Translations under genes and position numbers: made by a program
The notes under the pieces: generated by a model
What the model was told of the DNA's origin: nothing
What the model saw: only the letters and a program-made list of their open reading frames with translations
Database searches by the model: none
In this document: positions 32,228 to 43,039 of the stretch, in pieces
Numbering within the stretch: position 1 is the first letter of the stretch
Layout: each line of letters opens with the position of its first letter
NCBI GenBank assembly: GCA_963728565.1
Contig: CAVSLC010000020.1
Coordinates: forward strand, 101,605-165,604
Length of the DNA: 64,000 nucleotides
Reading direction: 5' to 3'
From: an uncultured delta proteobacterium
GTDB taxonomy: Bacteria; Desulfobacterota; Binatia; UBA9968

Positions 32228-32296
32228 GCTTGCAAAGCGCAGCAGACTTCTATATTTAGTCTGAATCCACTAGCATCGTTCTTCCTCAACAAAAGC

Positions 32297-33067
32297 ATGG
32301 TTCCGTTCCTGGGCCGAATCGGCCGTTATGCCATCGATCAGATTGCCGGGATGGGAAGAATGTTTCTCTTTCTCATCTCAGCCATCCTGCAAGCCTTTCG
32401 CGCGCCGGCAAAACTTCGTCTGATCGTTTACCACATCAAGACCATTGGCGTGGATTCTCTTTCAGTCGTCTCTCTGTCAGGATTTTTTACCGGCATGGTG
32501 ATGGGCTTTCAAGGCTACTACAGCTTGAGGCAGTTCAACGCCGAGAGCTGGCTCGGCTCCGCCACCGCACTAAGTTTATTACGCGAGCTCGGCCCCGTTC
32601 TCTCAGCATTCATGGTCACCGGAAGAACCGGCTCGGCGATGGCCGCGGAGTTGGGCACCATGCGTGCCACCGAGCAGATCGATGCGCTTTATTCCATGGC
32701 GATCAATCCGATCAAGTATCTAGTTACTCCGCGCATCGTCGCCAGCCTAATCGCCATGCCGATGCTCACGGCGATTTTCAACGTCATCGGAATCTTCGGC
32801 TCGTATGCCGTCGGCGTCGGAATCCTTGGTGTCAGCTCCGGCAGTTTTTTTTCCGGCATGGAAAACAGTGTCGTTTTCCACGACGTTTACAGCGGAATGA
32901 TCAAATCGGTCTGTTTTGGTCTGATCATTACCTGGATCTGCTGCTACAAAGGATTTCATGCTCCACCGATGGCGACGGGAGTGAGCCAGGCCACCACCGA
33001 ATCGGTGGTTCTTTCTTTCGTTTTCATCCTGGTTTGGGATTATTTTCTTACGTCAATCATGTTGTAG
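32297..33067 (+). CDS. mlaE: MlaE lipid-asymmetry ABC permease
   Basis: RELGPVL and GSAMAAELGTMRATEQIDAL. Confidence 0.92.
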   Translation: MVPFLGRIGRYAIDQIAGMGRMFLFLISAILQAFRAPAKLRLIVYHIKTIGVDSLSVVSLSGFFTGMVMGFQGYYSLRQFNAESWLGSATALSLLRELGPVLSAFMVTGRTGSAMAAELGTMRATEQIDALYSMAINPIKYLVTPRIVASLIAMPMLTAIFNVIGIFGSYAVGVGILGVSSGSFFSGMENSVVFHDVYSGMIKSVCFGLIITWICCYKGFHAPPMATGVSQATTESVVLSFVFILVWDYFLTSIML

Positions 33068-33071
33068 CCCG

Positions 33072-33818
33072 ATGATAAAGGTCGTTAATCTGCACAAAAG
33101 CTTTGGCCGGCAGAAGGTTCTCAAGGGTGTGAACCTCGAGTTCGCCACGGGAAAAATCACCACCATCGTCGGAACCAGTGGTTGTGGCAAGACGGTACTG
33201 TTGAAACATTTGAACGCCTTACTCCTGCCCGACGAAGGTGAAGTTCTGATCAACGGGATCGACATCAGCAAGCTCGGCCAAAAAGAGTTGTACCGGATCC
33301 GGGCCAAATTCGGCGTGCTTTTTCAAGGCGCTGCGCTACTCGATTCGATGACCGTCTTCGACAATGTCGGTTTTCCGTTGCGCGAGAAAACACGGATGAA
33401 TGAGAGCGAAGTGAAGACCAAAGTCGCCGACCGGCTGGAGCAGGTCGGATTGGGCGAAATGGGACATAAGCTGCCAGCGGAACTGAGCGGCGGAATGAGA
33501 AAACGCGCCGGCTTGGCGCGCGCCCTGATCATGGACCCCGAAATCGTCCTGTTTGACGAGCCTACCACCGGCCTCGACCCGGTGCTGGCAACCGGCATTC
33601 ACCAACTCATATCAAGAACTCAAAATGATTTCGGCTACACGGGGATTATCGTCAGTCACACGATTCCACAGGTGTTCGATATCTCCGATTACATCGTTAT
33701 GCTTGCCGGCGGCGTTGTTGAAGAGGTCGCCCCGCCGCAAGCTTTCAGCGCGTCCGAAAATCCGATTGTGCAGCAATTTATTCACGGCAGAACTGAAGGG
33801 CCCATCGAGGTCTTGTAG
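33072..33818 (+). CDS. mlaF: MlaF ABC ATPase
   Basis: GTSGCGKT, LSGGMRKR and DEPTTGLDP. Confidence 0.92.
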   Translation: MIKVVNLHKSFGRQKVLKGVNLEFATGKITTIVGTSGCGKTVLLKHLNALLLPDEGEVLINGIDISKLGQKELYRIRAKFGVLFQGAALLDSMTVFDNVGFPLREKTRMNESEVKTKVADRLEQVGLGEMGHKLPAELSGGMRKRAGLARALIMDPEIVLFDEPTTGLDPVLATGIHQLISRTQNDFGYTGIIVSHTIPQVFDISDYIVMLAGGVVEEVAPPQAFSASENPIVQQFIHGRTEGPIEVL

Positions 33819-33827
33819 GAGATCGAA

Positions 33828-34289
33828 GTGAACCATTCACGCACTGACATCATCGTCGGTATTTTTGTGCTCGCCGGGGCCATCTGCCTCGGCTATCTCG
33901 CCATACGCCTCGGCAAGGTAGAATTGTTCGGCGCTACCGGCTACGTCGTCTACGCCGACTTCTCTTCGGTCGCAGGATTGAAAGTCGGTGACCCTGTAGA
34001 AATCGCCGGCGTCAGAATCGGCAAAGTAGAATCGCTCGGTTTGGTTGACGATCGCGCGCGTGTCGCTATACGGGTGGACCCCAACGTGAAGCTCCAGGAT
34101 GACGTCATTGCGTCGGTACGCGCTCGCGGTCTCATCGGCGACAAATTTGTCTTGATCGCACCGGGAGCTTCAGATAATATTATCGCGCCCGGAGGCAAGA
34201 TCAGAGAAACCGAATCGCCCCAAGACATTACGGATCTCATCGGCAAATTTGTCGGCGGAGATCTCACATCCAAAAAAGACGAACAATGA
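33828..34289 (+). CDS. mlaD: MlaD MCE-domain protein
   Basis: N-terminal TM helix, GLKVGDPVEIAGVRIGKV and GLIGDKFV. Confidence 0.92.
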   Translation: MNHSRTDIIVGIFVLAGAICLGYLAIRLGKVELFGATGYVVYADFSSVAGLKVGDPVEIAGVRIGKVESLGLVDDRARVAIRVDPNVKLQDDVIASVRARGLIGDKFVLIAPGASDNIIAPGGKIRETESPQDITDLIGKFVGGDLTSKKDEQ

Positions 34290-34900
34290 CGAAATCATTC
34301 TGGCATCTTGTTGTGCTTTCATCGCTGATGTTTTTAAGCGACCCCGGATCATCTATGGCGGGACCACCCACCGATCAGATCAAGGCGACGGTGGATAACG
34401 CTGTTGGGCTACTTAGGGAGTCCCGGAACACGACCGCGGCGGCTAAGGACCGTCGCGAGCAGCTGAGACAAATTCTCTTTACCCGATTCGACTTTTCTGA
34501 AATGGCCAGGCGCGCGTTAGGCGCTCATTGGCGCCGGCGTACTGCCACCGAGCAGCAGGAATTCGTCCAGCTATTCACTGAACTGCTCGAACGTCAATAT
34601 GCTGGCATCATAGAGTCCTACACCGATGAGAAAATCGTCTATGTCGGCGAAAGAACCGATGGCGCGTTTGCCGAAGTAAACAGCAAGATATTTACCGTCA
34701 AAGGTCAGGAGTTGTCGATCAACTACAAGGCCCAGTTGGTCGGCCAGGAGTGGAAGGTCTATGATGTGATCGCCGAAGAAATCAGCCTGGTCAACAATTT
34801 TCGCTCTCAATTTAACCGCGTAATCTCCAGCTCCTCCTATGAGGAATTGGTCCGACGGCTTAGGGAAAAGCAGGCGGACGTGATCCCCGTCAAGAATTAG
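34286..34900 (+). CDS. mlaC: MlaC periplasmic lipid-binding protein
   Basis: FDFSEMARRALG..W and WKVYDV...ISLVNNFRSQF. Confidence 0.9.
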   Translation: MTKSFWHLVVLSSLMFLSDPGSSMAGPPTDQIKATVDNAVGLLRESRNTTAAAKDRREQLRQILFTRFDFSEMARRALGAHWRRRTATEQQEFVQLFTELLERQYAGIIESYTDEKIVYVGERTDGAFAEVNSKIFTVKGQELSINYKAQLVGQEWKVYDVIAEEISLVNNFRSQFNRVISSSSYEELVRRLREKQADVIPVKN

Positions 34901-35068
34901 CGGCCGATCCGCTGTAATTTCACCACATCTCTTAAAGCCCAGGCACCCCGCCGCTTATCGCGCCTGCTGCTCTGCGCCTCTTTCACCGAATCACCCCATC
35001 CAGTATGCTTTGAGGGGTTGGTTTTTTCGAAGCAGCAGATTATAGATTTGACTGGAAGGGAGCCTCGC

Positions 35069-36004
35069 ATGACAATCAATATCGATTGGCATTCGCATCA
35101 TACGGCGCCGGAAGTCTCCGATCGGATCAAAGACCTAACCGGTAAGCGGCCGCATATCGACGCATTGGATTCACCGGACTTTTCCAAACGCGTCAGGGAA
35201 ATGGACGAAGCGGGTGTCGATCTGCAGCTCATTTGCCAGGGTGCCGGCGTTTATGCCGACCAATTGCCGCCGGAACAAGCGCTCGAGATCGTGCGCATGT
35301 CGAACAACGTGCTTGCCGAGCGACTCGCCGGTTACAAAGATCGGTTGATGGGGGTCACGGCTTTGTCGCTAAAAAATATTGCCGCGTCCGTCGCGGAAAT
35401 CGAACGAACGGCCAAACAAGGCTTTCGCGCTGTACTGCTCTATCCGCACGTCGACGGCAAGATGCTCGTGGACACGCCAGAAATGGACCCGATCTTCGCG
35501 AAAATTTCCGAGCTCAACCTGCCGATCTTTCTGCACGGCGCCGGTACCGCGCAAGATCCCTCCTTGGCGCGTCTCGAAGACGGCGGCGCGGGAGTCGCTT
35601 ATGCGGTTCTGTCTGATGGCGAGGTCGCGGAGTGCTGCCTGCGCATGATTGCCAGCGGCTTGTTCGATCGTTATCCAAATCTAAAAATCGTCATCCGCAG
35701 CTCCGGCGGCGGTATACCGCTATTGCTTCATCGCTTTTTCTGGAAGCATAAAGGGCCTAACGGGGAGCGGCGCTACTCGGAAATTTTTCTTGAGCACTTT
35801 CTCATCGATTGCGCCAGCTCGGATGACCGGACACTGTCGTTCTTGATAGACAAGATGGGCGAAAACAACATGGTTTTTGGCTCTGACTACTGCGGCGGGC
35901 TCGACCGGCTGAACAGAAGTTTTAATGCCATTCTGGCGCAGCCCAATCCCGATCACATCAAAGGCTTTATGGAAAAAAATTCCCGGCAGCTGTTACACAT
36001 CTAA
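35069..36004 (+). CDS. Amidohydrolase 2 family protein
   Basis: IDWHSH, IFLHG, FDRYPNLKIV and FGSDY. Confidence 0.8.
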   Translation: MTINIDWHSHHTAPEVSDRIKDLTGKRPHIDALDSPDFSKRVREMDEAGVDLQLICQGAGVYADQLPPEQALEIVRMSNNVLAERLAGYKDRLMGVTALSLKNIAASVAEIERTAKQGFRAVLLYPHVDGKMLVDTPEMDPIFAKISELNLPIFLHGAGTAQDPSLARLEDGGAGVAYAVLSDGEVAECCLRMIASGLFDRYPNLKIVIRSSGGGIPLLLHRFFWKHKGPNGERRYSEIFLEHFLIDCASSDDRTLSFLIDKMGENNMVFGSDYCGGLDRLNRSFNAILAQPNPDHIKGFMEKNSRQLLHI

Positions 36005-36074
36005 CTTGGACATCGAGCCTCTGCGGCTAGTCGGCCGGGCGTTAATCTCATGGTTTGCACTCCAATGAAATCCT

Positions 36075-37301
36075 ATGGCGTCTCTGTATGACCTGACGAT
36101 CATCGGCGGCGGCATTCTCGGTCTCGCCACCGCGTTGAAAATCACTGCCGTCCATCCCCGCCTGAGGCTATTGCTGTTGGAGAAGGAACCGGATCTCGCG
36201 CGCCATCAAACCGGCAACAACAGTGGTGTCATTCATTCGGGCCTCTACTACCGACCGGGGTCGCTAAAAGCGCGCACCTGCGTTGCCGGACGCAGAGAGC
36301 TGATCCAATTCTGCGACGAGAACGGCGTGCCCTATGAAATTTGCGGCAAGGTCGTCGTCGCCACGACTGACGAAGAGCTGCCGCGTTTGGAGGAACTGCG
36401 CCGCCGCGGAGAAGCCAACGGCCTGCGTGGGCTCGAAACAATCGGCGCGGAGCGCCTAAAAGAGCTTGAGCCACACGCCACGGGAATCAAAGGCCTCCAC
36501 GTCCCGGAGACCGGGATCATTGACTACAAGAAAGTGGCCGCCGCTTACGCCACTAAGATTCGCGATTCCGGCGGCGACATCCGGCTGTCGCAAAAAGTCG
36601 TAGGCATACTCGATCGGCCCGACGAAATCGTGCTGCAGACTTCCGGTGGGGATTACCGCACCAAGCATTTGATCAATTGCTGCGGGCTGCAATCGGACTT
36701 GATTGCAAAAATGGCTCGCGGGGCTCAGGACCATGAGCCGGAGCACCGCATCATTCCGTTCCGCGGCGAGTACTACAAGATCGCGCCGGAACGGCAGTCC
36801 TTGGTAAAAAATCTGATTTATCCGGTTCCCGATCCGACTTTTCCGTTTTTGGGTGTTCACTTCACGCGAATGGCCAAAGGCGGCGTGGAGGCGGGCCCTA
36901 ATGCGGTGCTCGCTTACGCGCGCGAAGGTTACAGCCACAGGCAGGTTAACCTGAACGATCTCTGGCAAACCGTTTCGTTCAGAGGATTTTGGGCGATGAC
37001 CGGAAAATACTGGCAAACCGGTTTCGGCGAGCTTTACCGCTCACTCAGCAAAACAGCTTTCGTGCGCGCGTTGCAACAGCTGGTGCCCGAGATCCGCGCG
37101 AGCGATCTGGTTGCCGGCGGCGCCGGCGTGCGCGCCCAAGCGGTCTCAGCCAAGGGCGCGCTGGTGGATGACTTTGTGATTGAACAAGGCCGCAACGCTA
37201 TCCACATACTCAACGCCCCGTCGCCCGGTGCGACAGCCTCCCTCGCTATCGGCCGGCAGATCTGCGAGATGGCGGAAAAAAATTTCGACCTTAGAAGCTA
37301 G
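36075..37301 (+). CDS. lhgO: L-2-hydroxyglutarate oxidase
   Basis: GGGILG, HQTGNNSGVIHSGLYY, FPFLGVHFT and NAPSPGATASL. Confidence 0.93.
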   Translation: MASLYDLTIIGGGILGLATALKITAVHPRLRLLLLEKEPDLARHQTGNNSGVIHSGLYYRPGSLKARTCVAGRRELIQFCDENGVPYEICGKVVVATTDEELPRLEELRRRGEANGLRGLETIGAERLKELEPHATGIKGLHVPETGIIDYKKVAAAYATKIRDSGGDIRLSQKVVGILDRPDEIVLQTSGGDYRTKHLINCCGLQSDLIAKMARGAQDHEPEHRIIPFRGEYYKIAPERQSLVKNLIYPVPDPTFPFLGVHFTRMAKGGVEAGPNAVLAYAREGYSHRQVNLNDLWQTVSFRGFWAMTGKYWQTGFGELYRSLSKTAFVRALQQLVPEIRASDLVAGGAGVRAQAVSAKGALVDDFVIEQGRNAIHILNAPSPGATASLAIGRQICEMAEKNFDLRS

Positions 37302-37360
37302 TTCAGCGTTGCGTTACACCTAATATCGCGCATCACTTCAGCAGCCTACCCTGTGTCTTC

Positions 37361-38425
37361 TCACTGCGCCGGCTTGAAGGTGTCGCGGAATAGGGTGACG
37401 TACTTGTCGAAGTCATCCATCACCGACTGCTCGAAGGGTAAAAGCTTGTATGGCTTCAGATAAGTCGCGGTCACATCCGGTCGGGTCGGAATTCGGCGGC
37501 TGGCGCGGATCGTTTCCATTCCCGAGCGCGACAAAAGAAAATCGTAAAACAACGCCGATGTGTAGACGTTTGCGCCCGTGCTGGTGATTGCCGCGGCGAC
37601 CTTCGAGATCGGAATCACTCCGTCCAGAACTGCCCATTCTACCGGCGCGCCCTGGGCTTTGGCGCGCTCGACTGTGTGTACCTGAAGCTCGGAAGCGATG
37701 GGAAACTCGCCTGCCGCCATCAGCTGGCCGATGAGCGAATGGCCTTTGCGCCACTGTATCTGCTGGGCCGCGAGTTTTTTCATGTAATCCAGTGCCGCCT
37801 CCCTGCCGTCTCGCCGTTCCAAAAAGTGCAACGAAACGACGAACCAGTTATACGGCTCCGTATCCATAGCGATTGAACCCTTCCATTTGGCGTTCAACAA
37901 ATCTTTATAGGTTTTCGGCGCTCCATCTTTATTCACCATTTTGGTGTTGTAAGCCGCTACCCACGCTGATGTGTAAAGACCCGTCCAATAACCGCCCGGA
38001 TCTTTGGCTTCCTCAGGATAAATCGAGTTTTCCAAACCTTCATAACGCGCCAATAGCTTGCGTTTGATCATGATCGACAGTTCCAGCTCGGGCAAGGCGA
38101 CGATGTCGGCCTTGAAAGCATTGGCCCGCGCCTCGGCGAGAATCCGTTCGAGTAATTTCTCGCTCGACGAGCGCAAATGCTGGATCTGGATCGACGGATG
38201 CTGCTCGTTGAATTTCTTAATCAAAGCCAGCGCATCTTCTGCGGTCGTGCTTGAATACCAGACCAATCCGCTCTCTTTTTTGCTTCCTTCGACAAGCCGC
38301 GCCTGTCGTTCCGCCGCCGGTAATTTCATCACAGCCGCAAGCGCCGCCTGACGACTTTGGGCATCTGCTACCAGGGGCAAGCTGGTTAACGACAGATAGA
38401 CAATTATCAACAACAAAGTTGGCAT
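37361..38425 (-). CDS. Extracellular solute-binding protein (Fe3+/thiamine-type ABC family)
   Basis: Signal peptide after the GGAGG RBS; LVWYSS and AYNT...PKTYKDLL..KWKG. Confidence 0.8.
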   Translation of the reverse strand: MPTLLLIIVYLSLTSLPLVADAQSRQAALAAVMKLPAAERQARLVEGSKKESGLVWYSSTTAEDALALIKKFNEQHPSIQIQHLRSSSEKLLERILAEARANAFKADIVALPELELSIMIKRKLLARYEGLENSIYPEEAKDPGGYWTGLYTSAWVAAYNTKMVNKDGAPKTYKDLLNAKWKGSIAMDTEPYNWFVVSLHFLERRDGREAALDYMKKLAAQQIQWRKGHSLIGQLMAAGEFPIASELQVHTVERAKAQGAPVEWAVLDGVIPISKVAAAITSTGANVYTSALFYDFLLSRSGMETIRASRRIPTRPDVTATYLKPYKLLPFEQSVMDDFDKYVTLFRDTFKPAQ

Positions 38426-38614
38426 GTTGTCGCCTCCGATTTTGATCTGAAATGTTCGCGCGGATAAAAGGCGGGAGTTCATAAAAGCTGCCACTGAATT
38501 AGCCAGCTTCGCCGAGTCTGTCAACTGTGAAGATCTTTGAATTCACGGCCAACCTTGATTTCCACTTGCTCGTCAAATATCGTGGCGAGATATTCTGCGG
38601 AGGAAACCATCTGA

Positions 38615-39142
38615 ATGATCATAGAATACAAGGGCAAGAAACCGGCTGTGTCTCCCAAAGCCTTCATTGCGCCCACCGCCGTGCTCATCGGTGACGTTAG
38701 CGTCGGCGACGACGCCAGCATCTGGTGGGGCGCGGTCCTGCGCTCGGATCAGGGCGGCTATCCGATCGTGATCGGCGCGCGCACCAGCATTCAGGACAAC
38801 TGCGTGATTCATTCGGGCGAAGCTACCACGATCATCGAAGAAGACTGCACCGTGGGTCACGGCGCGATTATGGAAGGATGCGTAATCAAGCGCGGCGCCA
38901 TAATCGGCATGAATTCCACAATTCTGGAAAATACCGAAATTGGCGAAGAATCGCTCATCGCCGCCGGCAGTGTCGTTGTTCCGCATAGCAAAATCCCGCC
39001 GCATGTTCTTGCCGCCGGCACGCCGGCAAAAGTGAAAAAGGAAATCGAAGGCGAAGCTCTCAAATGGATCAAGATGGGCGCATCGACTTACGTCGAACTC
39101 TGCCGCAGCTATCTCGGCGGCGACTACATAATCATTGGCTAG
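38615..39142 (+). CDS. Gamma carbonic anhydrase / YrdA family protein
   Basis: Hexapeptide repeats; IGDV, VLRSD, IQDNCVIH and G.PAK. Confidence 0.88.
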   Translation: MIIEYKGKKPAVSPKAFIAPTAVLIGDVSVGDDASIWWGAVLRSDQGGYPIVIGARTSIQDNCVIHSGEATTIIEEDCTVGHGAIMEGCVIKRGAIIGMNSTILENTEIGEESLIAAGSVVVPHSKIPPHVLAAGTPAKVKKEIEGEALKWIKMGASTYVELCRSYLGGDYIIIG

Positions 39143-39173
39143 TTTCCGAGATCATCGAATAGGGGGAAAAAGC

Positions 39174-40088
39174 GTGCGCATCATTTTGATTGGACAAGCA
39201 GCGTTTGCGGAAAAGACTCTCGATAAACTGGTCAGCAAAGGGGAAGAGGTGCTCGCCGTTTTTTGTTTTCCCGATACGCCCGGCGGAAAAATCGATCCGG
39301 TCAAGCAGAGGGCTCTTCAGCTGGGGATCCCGGTGCATCAGCACAAAACGCTCAAAACGCCTGAAGTCACCGAGCAGTTTGTTTCCCTGAAGGCCGACTT
39401 GGCGATCCTGGCATTTGTCAGCCAGATCATTCCCCCGCCGGTATTCAATGCGCCGCGCTTCGGCAGTATTTGTTATCATCCTTCCTTGCTGCCCAAATAC
39501 CGCGGCAGGACCGCGATCAATTGGGCCCTGATCCGCGGAGAAACCGTGACCGGTTTGACAATTTTTTGGTTGGACAAGGGCATCGATACAGGGCCCATTC
39601 TGCTGCAAAAAGAAGTGCGGGTTGAACCGGACGATACCACCGGCACGTTGTATTTCAACAAACTGTTTCCGATGGGAATCGAAGCGATCGGCGAAGCGGT
39701 GGACCTGATCAAGGCCGGCAATCCGCCGCGGATTGCGCAAGACGAATCAAAGGCGACTTACGATCCGCCTTGCGGTGAGGAACACGCTAAGATCGATTGG
39801 TCCAAACCGGCTCAGGAGGTTTATAATTTGATCCGCGGCTGCGATCCCCAGCCCGGCGCGCACACTACCTACCAGGGCAAAACTTTGCGCCTCTTCGACA
39901 CCCGGCTGCACAACAATCCAAACGGCGCCCAGGCGGGGCAAGTTACCGGTATCGGCGCCGAAGAGATCACCATCGCGGTTACCGGCGGCACGCTGACGGT
40001 TAAGAGAGTGCGCGGCGAAGCCGGAAAAATCAGCGGCGCGGAATTCGCCAAGCAGGTTGATTTGAAAGTCGGTGATCGGCTTGAGTGA
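39174..40088 (+). CDS. Formyltransferase family protein (Fmt / 10-formyl-THF hydrolase-like)
   Basis: YHPSLLPKYRG, DTGPILLQ and IRGCDPQPGA. Confidence 0.85.
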   Translation: MRIILIGQAAFAEKTLDKLVSKGEEVLAVFCFPDTPGGKIDPVKQRALQLGIPVHQHKTLKTPEVTEQFVSLKADLAILAFVSQIIPPPVFNAPRFGSICYHPSLLPKYRGRTAINWALIRGETVTGLTIFWLDKGIDTGPILLQKEVRVEPDDTTGTLYFNKLFPMGIEAIGEAVDLIKAGNPPRIAQDESKATYDPPCGEEHAKIDWSKPAQEVYNLIRGCDPQPGAHTTYQGKTLRLFDTRLHNNPNGAQAGQVTGIGAEEITIAVTGGTLTVKRVRGEAGKISGAEFAKQVDLKVGDRLE

Positions 40089-40138
40089 TTCACGAGCAGA
40101 GCCTTTCACCCGAGGGTTCACAGGTTTAACTGAGTTCA

Positions 40139-40228
40139 TCTCATCACGAAGCGCACCCAGGACACGAAGCTTAGAACAGAAGACTGATTGTTCTTAACTT
40201 CGTCCTCTTCGCGTCCTTAGTGGTGAGT
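40139..40228. repeat. Degenerate CACGAAG-type palindromic intergenic repeat
   Basis: tcatcacgaagcgcacccaggacacgaag ... cttcgtcctcttcgcgtccttagtggtga. Confidence 0.6.
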
Positions 40229-40263
40229 CCTGGTTCGCGCAAGTACTCTGGAAGCGGACACGC

Positions 40264-41286
40264 ATGAAATTGTCAGTACTCGATCAATCAACCGCGTCCA
40301 AGGACAGAACGCAGGACACTGCGATTCGTGAGACGCTCGACCTTGCGCGGCACTGCGACGCGTTGGGTTATCATCGTTACTGGGTCTCGGAACATCACAA
40401 CTCCGGCACCATCGCCGGCACCGCGCCCGAGATACTCATGGCCGCGATTGCGGCCACCACGGCTCGTATCCGGGTCGGCAGCGCCGGTATTATGCTGCCG
40501 CACTATTCCGCGCTGAAAGTTGCCGAGCAATTCCGCGTTTTGGAGGCCATCGCGCCGGGTCGCATCGATTTGGGAGTTGGACGCGCCCCCGGATCGGACC
40601 AGATGACGTCATACGCGCTCAATCCAAGTCCGCAGAACGTCCTCGACCAATTTCCCCGACAAGTGCAAGAGCTGCAACACTGGGTATCGGGGACTCCCCT
40701 GCCTGAGGGTCATCCCTTCAGAACGGTCGTCGCGCAGCCCACCGGTCCAAGCAGCCCTGACCTATGGATTCTCGGCAGCTCGGACTATGGCGCTCAACTC
40801 GCGGCCTATTTTGGCCTGCCTTACGCGTTCGCTTATTTTTTCAGCGAGGGCACCGGCGTGGAGCAAGCGCTCGAGCTTTATCGCAAGAACTATCGCCCGA
40901 GTGAAAGTAATCCCAAGCCGATCGCGACGATTTGCGTCTGGGCGCTGGCGGCAGATACGGAACAAGAAGCCTTGCATCAGTTAAAAACTCGCGAACGCGC
41001 GATTATCGATCGCAGACAGGGCATCCGTTTACCGCTTATGCCGCCCGAAGAAGCACAGCGGCCATATTCTTCCGCGGAGATGGCAACTGCGCAGAAGCTT
41101 CGTCGCAAGGCGATTGTCGGCTCCAAAGAACAGGTTGCCGAGCGATTGAAAGAACTTGCAAAGAGTTTAGAACTCGACGAACTGGTCGTCGTCACATGGA
41201 CTTACGATCCGGCTCCGCGCCGTCGCTCTTACGAACTACTGGCGCAAGCTTTTGCGATGGAACAAACAGACGGTCATTCGGCGTAG
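40264..41286 (+). CDS. Luciferase-like (LLM) flavin-dependent oxidoreductase
   Basis: YWVSEHH, RIRVGSAGIMLPHY and GRIDLGVGRAPG. Confidence 0.92.
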   Translation: MKLSVLDQSTASKDRTQDTAIRETLDLARHCDALGYHRYWVSEHHNSGTIAGTAPEILMAAIAATTARIRVGSAGIMLPHYSALKVAEQFRVLEAIAPGRIDLGVGRAPGSDQMTSYALNPSPQNVLDQFPRQVQELQHWVSGTPLPEGHPFRTVVAQPTGPSSPDLWILGSSDYGAQLAAYFGLPYAFAYFFSEGTGVEQALELYRKNYRPSESNPKPIATICVWALAADTEQEALHQLKTRERAIIDRRQGIRLPLMPPEEAQRPYSSAEMATAQKLRRKAIVGSKEQVAERLKELAKSLELDELVVVTWTYDPAPRRRSYELLAQAFAMEQTDGHSA

Positions 41287-41449
41287 TCGTTTAGTCGATA
41301 TCTGTTCAGATCCGTGTCAAGACGCGCTCACTAAGCGAAAAGAAGATTGACATGATCGAAGATTGGCGTTTACTCTCGCCCACTGACAGCGTGACGCCGT
41401 TCAGGGCGCGCGCTGTTTGAATTCAATCGACAACTCAGGAGGTGTTTCC

Positions 41450-42076
41450 ATGATGACGCTCTATTTCAGTCCTGGCGCTTGTTCGTTGGCCTCCCATATC
41501 GGTCTTGAAGAAGCCGGCGCGCCATACGAGCTCAAGCCGATCCTGCTGGCCAAAGGGCAGCAGAGAACTGCGGATTATTTGCAGATCAACCCGCGCGGGA
41601 AAGTCCCGGCGCTTAGCGTCGACGGCAAAATTCTGGTCGAGAACACCGCGATCCTCACATACCTTGGAAGGCGTTTTCCCGAAAAACGGCTGATGCCGAC
41701 GGACCCGACCGAGGAGGCGCGCTGCATTGGGACCATGTGCTGGTTCTCAAGCGTCGTGCATCCCTCGTACCAACGCTTCCACCGCCCCGAGCGTTTCGCC
41801 GAAAGCGAAGCCGCGCACGCGGCGGTCAAGGAAAACGGGCGGAAGTTGTTCTGGGCCAATCTCCAGGAGATCGACTCCATGATTCAGGCAAATGAATGGG
41901 TCATGGGCCCCGAGTTCACCGCGGTCGATCCCTACGCCCTGGTTTTCTACGGCTGGGGCGAACGCAGCGGATTTCCCATGAAACAGCTCGGCGCTTATAC
42001 GGCCTGGCAGGAGCGCATGATGAAGCGCCCGACGGTTAAGAAAAGCGTTGAGAGCGAGCAGAAAGCCGCGACGTAA
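41450..42076 (+). CDS. Glutathione S-transferase (beta-class-like)
   Basis: LYFSPGACSLASHI, INPRGKVPAL and EN.AIL.YL. Confidence 0.92.
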   Translation: MMTLYFSPGACSLASHIGLEEAGAPYELKPILLAKGQQRTADYLQINPRGKVPALSVDGKILVENTAILTYLGRRFPEKRLMPTDPTEEARCIGTMCWFSSVVHPSYQRFHRPERFAESEAAHAAVKENGRKLFWANLQEIDSMIQANEWVMGPEFTAVDPYALVFYGWGERSGFPMKQLGAYTAWQERMMKRPTVKKSVESEQKAAT

Positions 42077-42223
42077 TGTGATGACCGAATTAGGCGGGTA
42101 ACAGGGAGGACAACCGTCGGCGGCGGCCCCTAGCGGGGGCGACGTTCGCCGTTCGACCGCCATTGCTTCGCTTAACGGCTCAGCCGCAGATTTTTCCACC
42201 GAGTCAATTCTGCTTGCAGTAAA

Positions 42224-42787
42224 GTGGCGACGTCGATCCTGCGTCATGCACGGCTCGGCCAAGCATCATTGCTGGCGCGAGATGCTCAAACCGCTGAACG
42301 CGGGACTTGCAGTCGGCGGTTCATCGTGATCGAAGCGCACCGAACTCATCCGCTTACAAGCGTGACCGGGTTGTTCGCGCTGATCGTTTGGTCTTCTTAC
42401 GCGCTGTACGCCGCGTTTAGTTACCGGCGAGCCTTACCTGGGTGCGCGTCGGCGCCTGCTGCGGCTCGATCGCTTGCCTGGCCGTGATCGTCAATTTCGC
42501 CTATCGGCGCGCCGCGGTTTTACTGGCTTCATTTGTCTATTTGCTGCTCTACTTGATGCGCAATCGTCCGCATGATGGCGATCGCGAACCACCTGTCATT
42601 TTTCTCCCGGCTTTCCTTCTACCACAGCACTTCATGGCGCGTGACTGCCGGCTCGTTCGAAGAGAAGCTCTGCTGGGCGGCTTGCTCGATGCCTATGTGG
42701 AATTTGTCGCCCGCGCTGGATGTCGGTCTCCTCCTGCTTAATCTCATATCCTCGCGAGACAAGCGCAGCATTTCGTCAATCGGCTGA
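42224..42787 (+). pseudogene. Fragmented small membrane-protein gene
   Basis: Three overlapping hydrophobic ORFs in successive frames (42224, 42442, 42572). Confidence 0.4.
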
Positions 42788-43039
42788 AACAGAGAAAGAG
42801 ACACCGAGGCTTTGAGCAGTGATCGAGTTGTCTAAGTATACCGGCCGAGCCAAATGCCGCATGCCAACCTGCCGGCCAAAAAAATTCCTCCCATTCGCCA
42901 GAAGCCGCAATGACGAAATTATCACCGATTAGTTTGTTGCGAGGAGACGGCTATTCACACTGATCGTGCGATTGACCAACCGCCGGTTCGACGGTATAGC
43001 TCTCCTAAGCGATCCATCTCGCTATTCGTTTTCCTGCTC

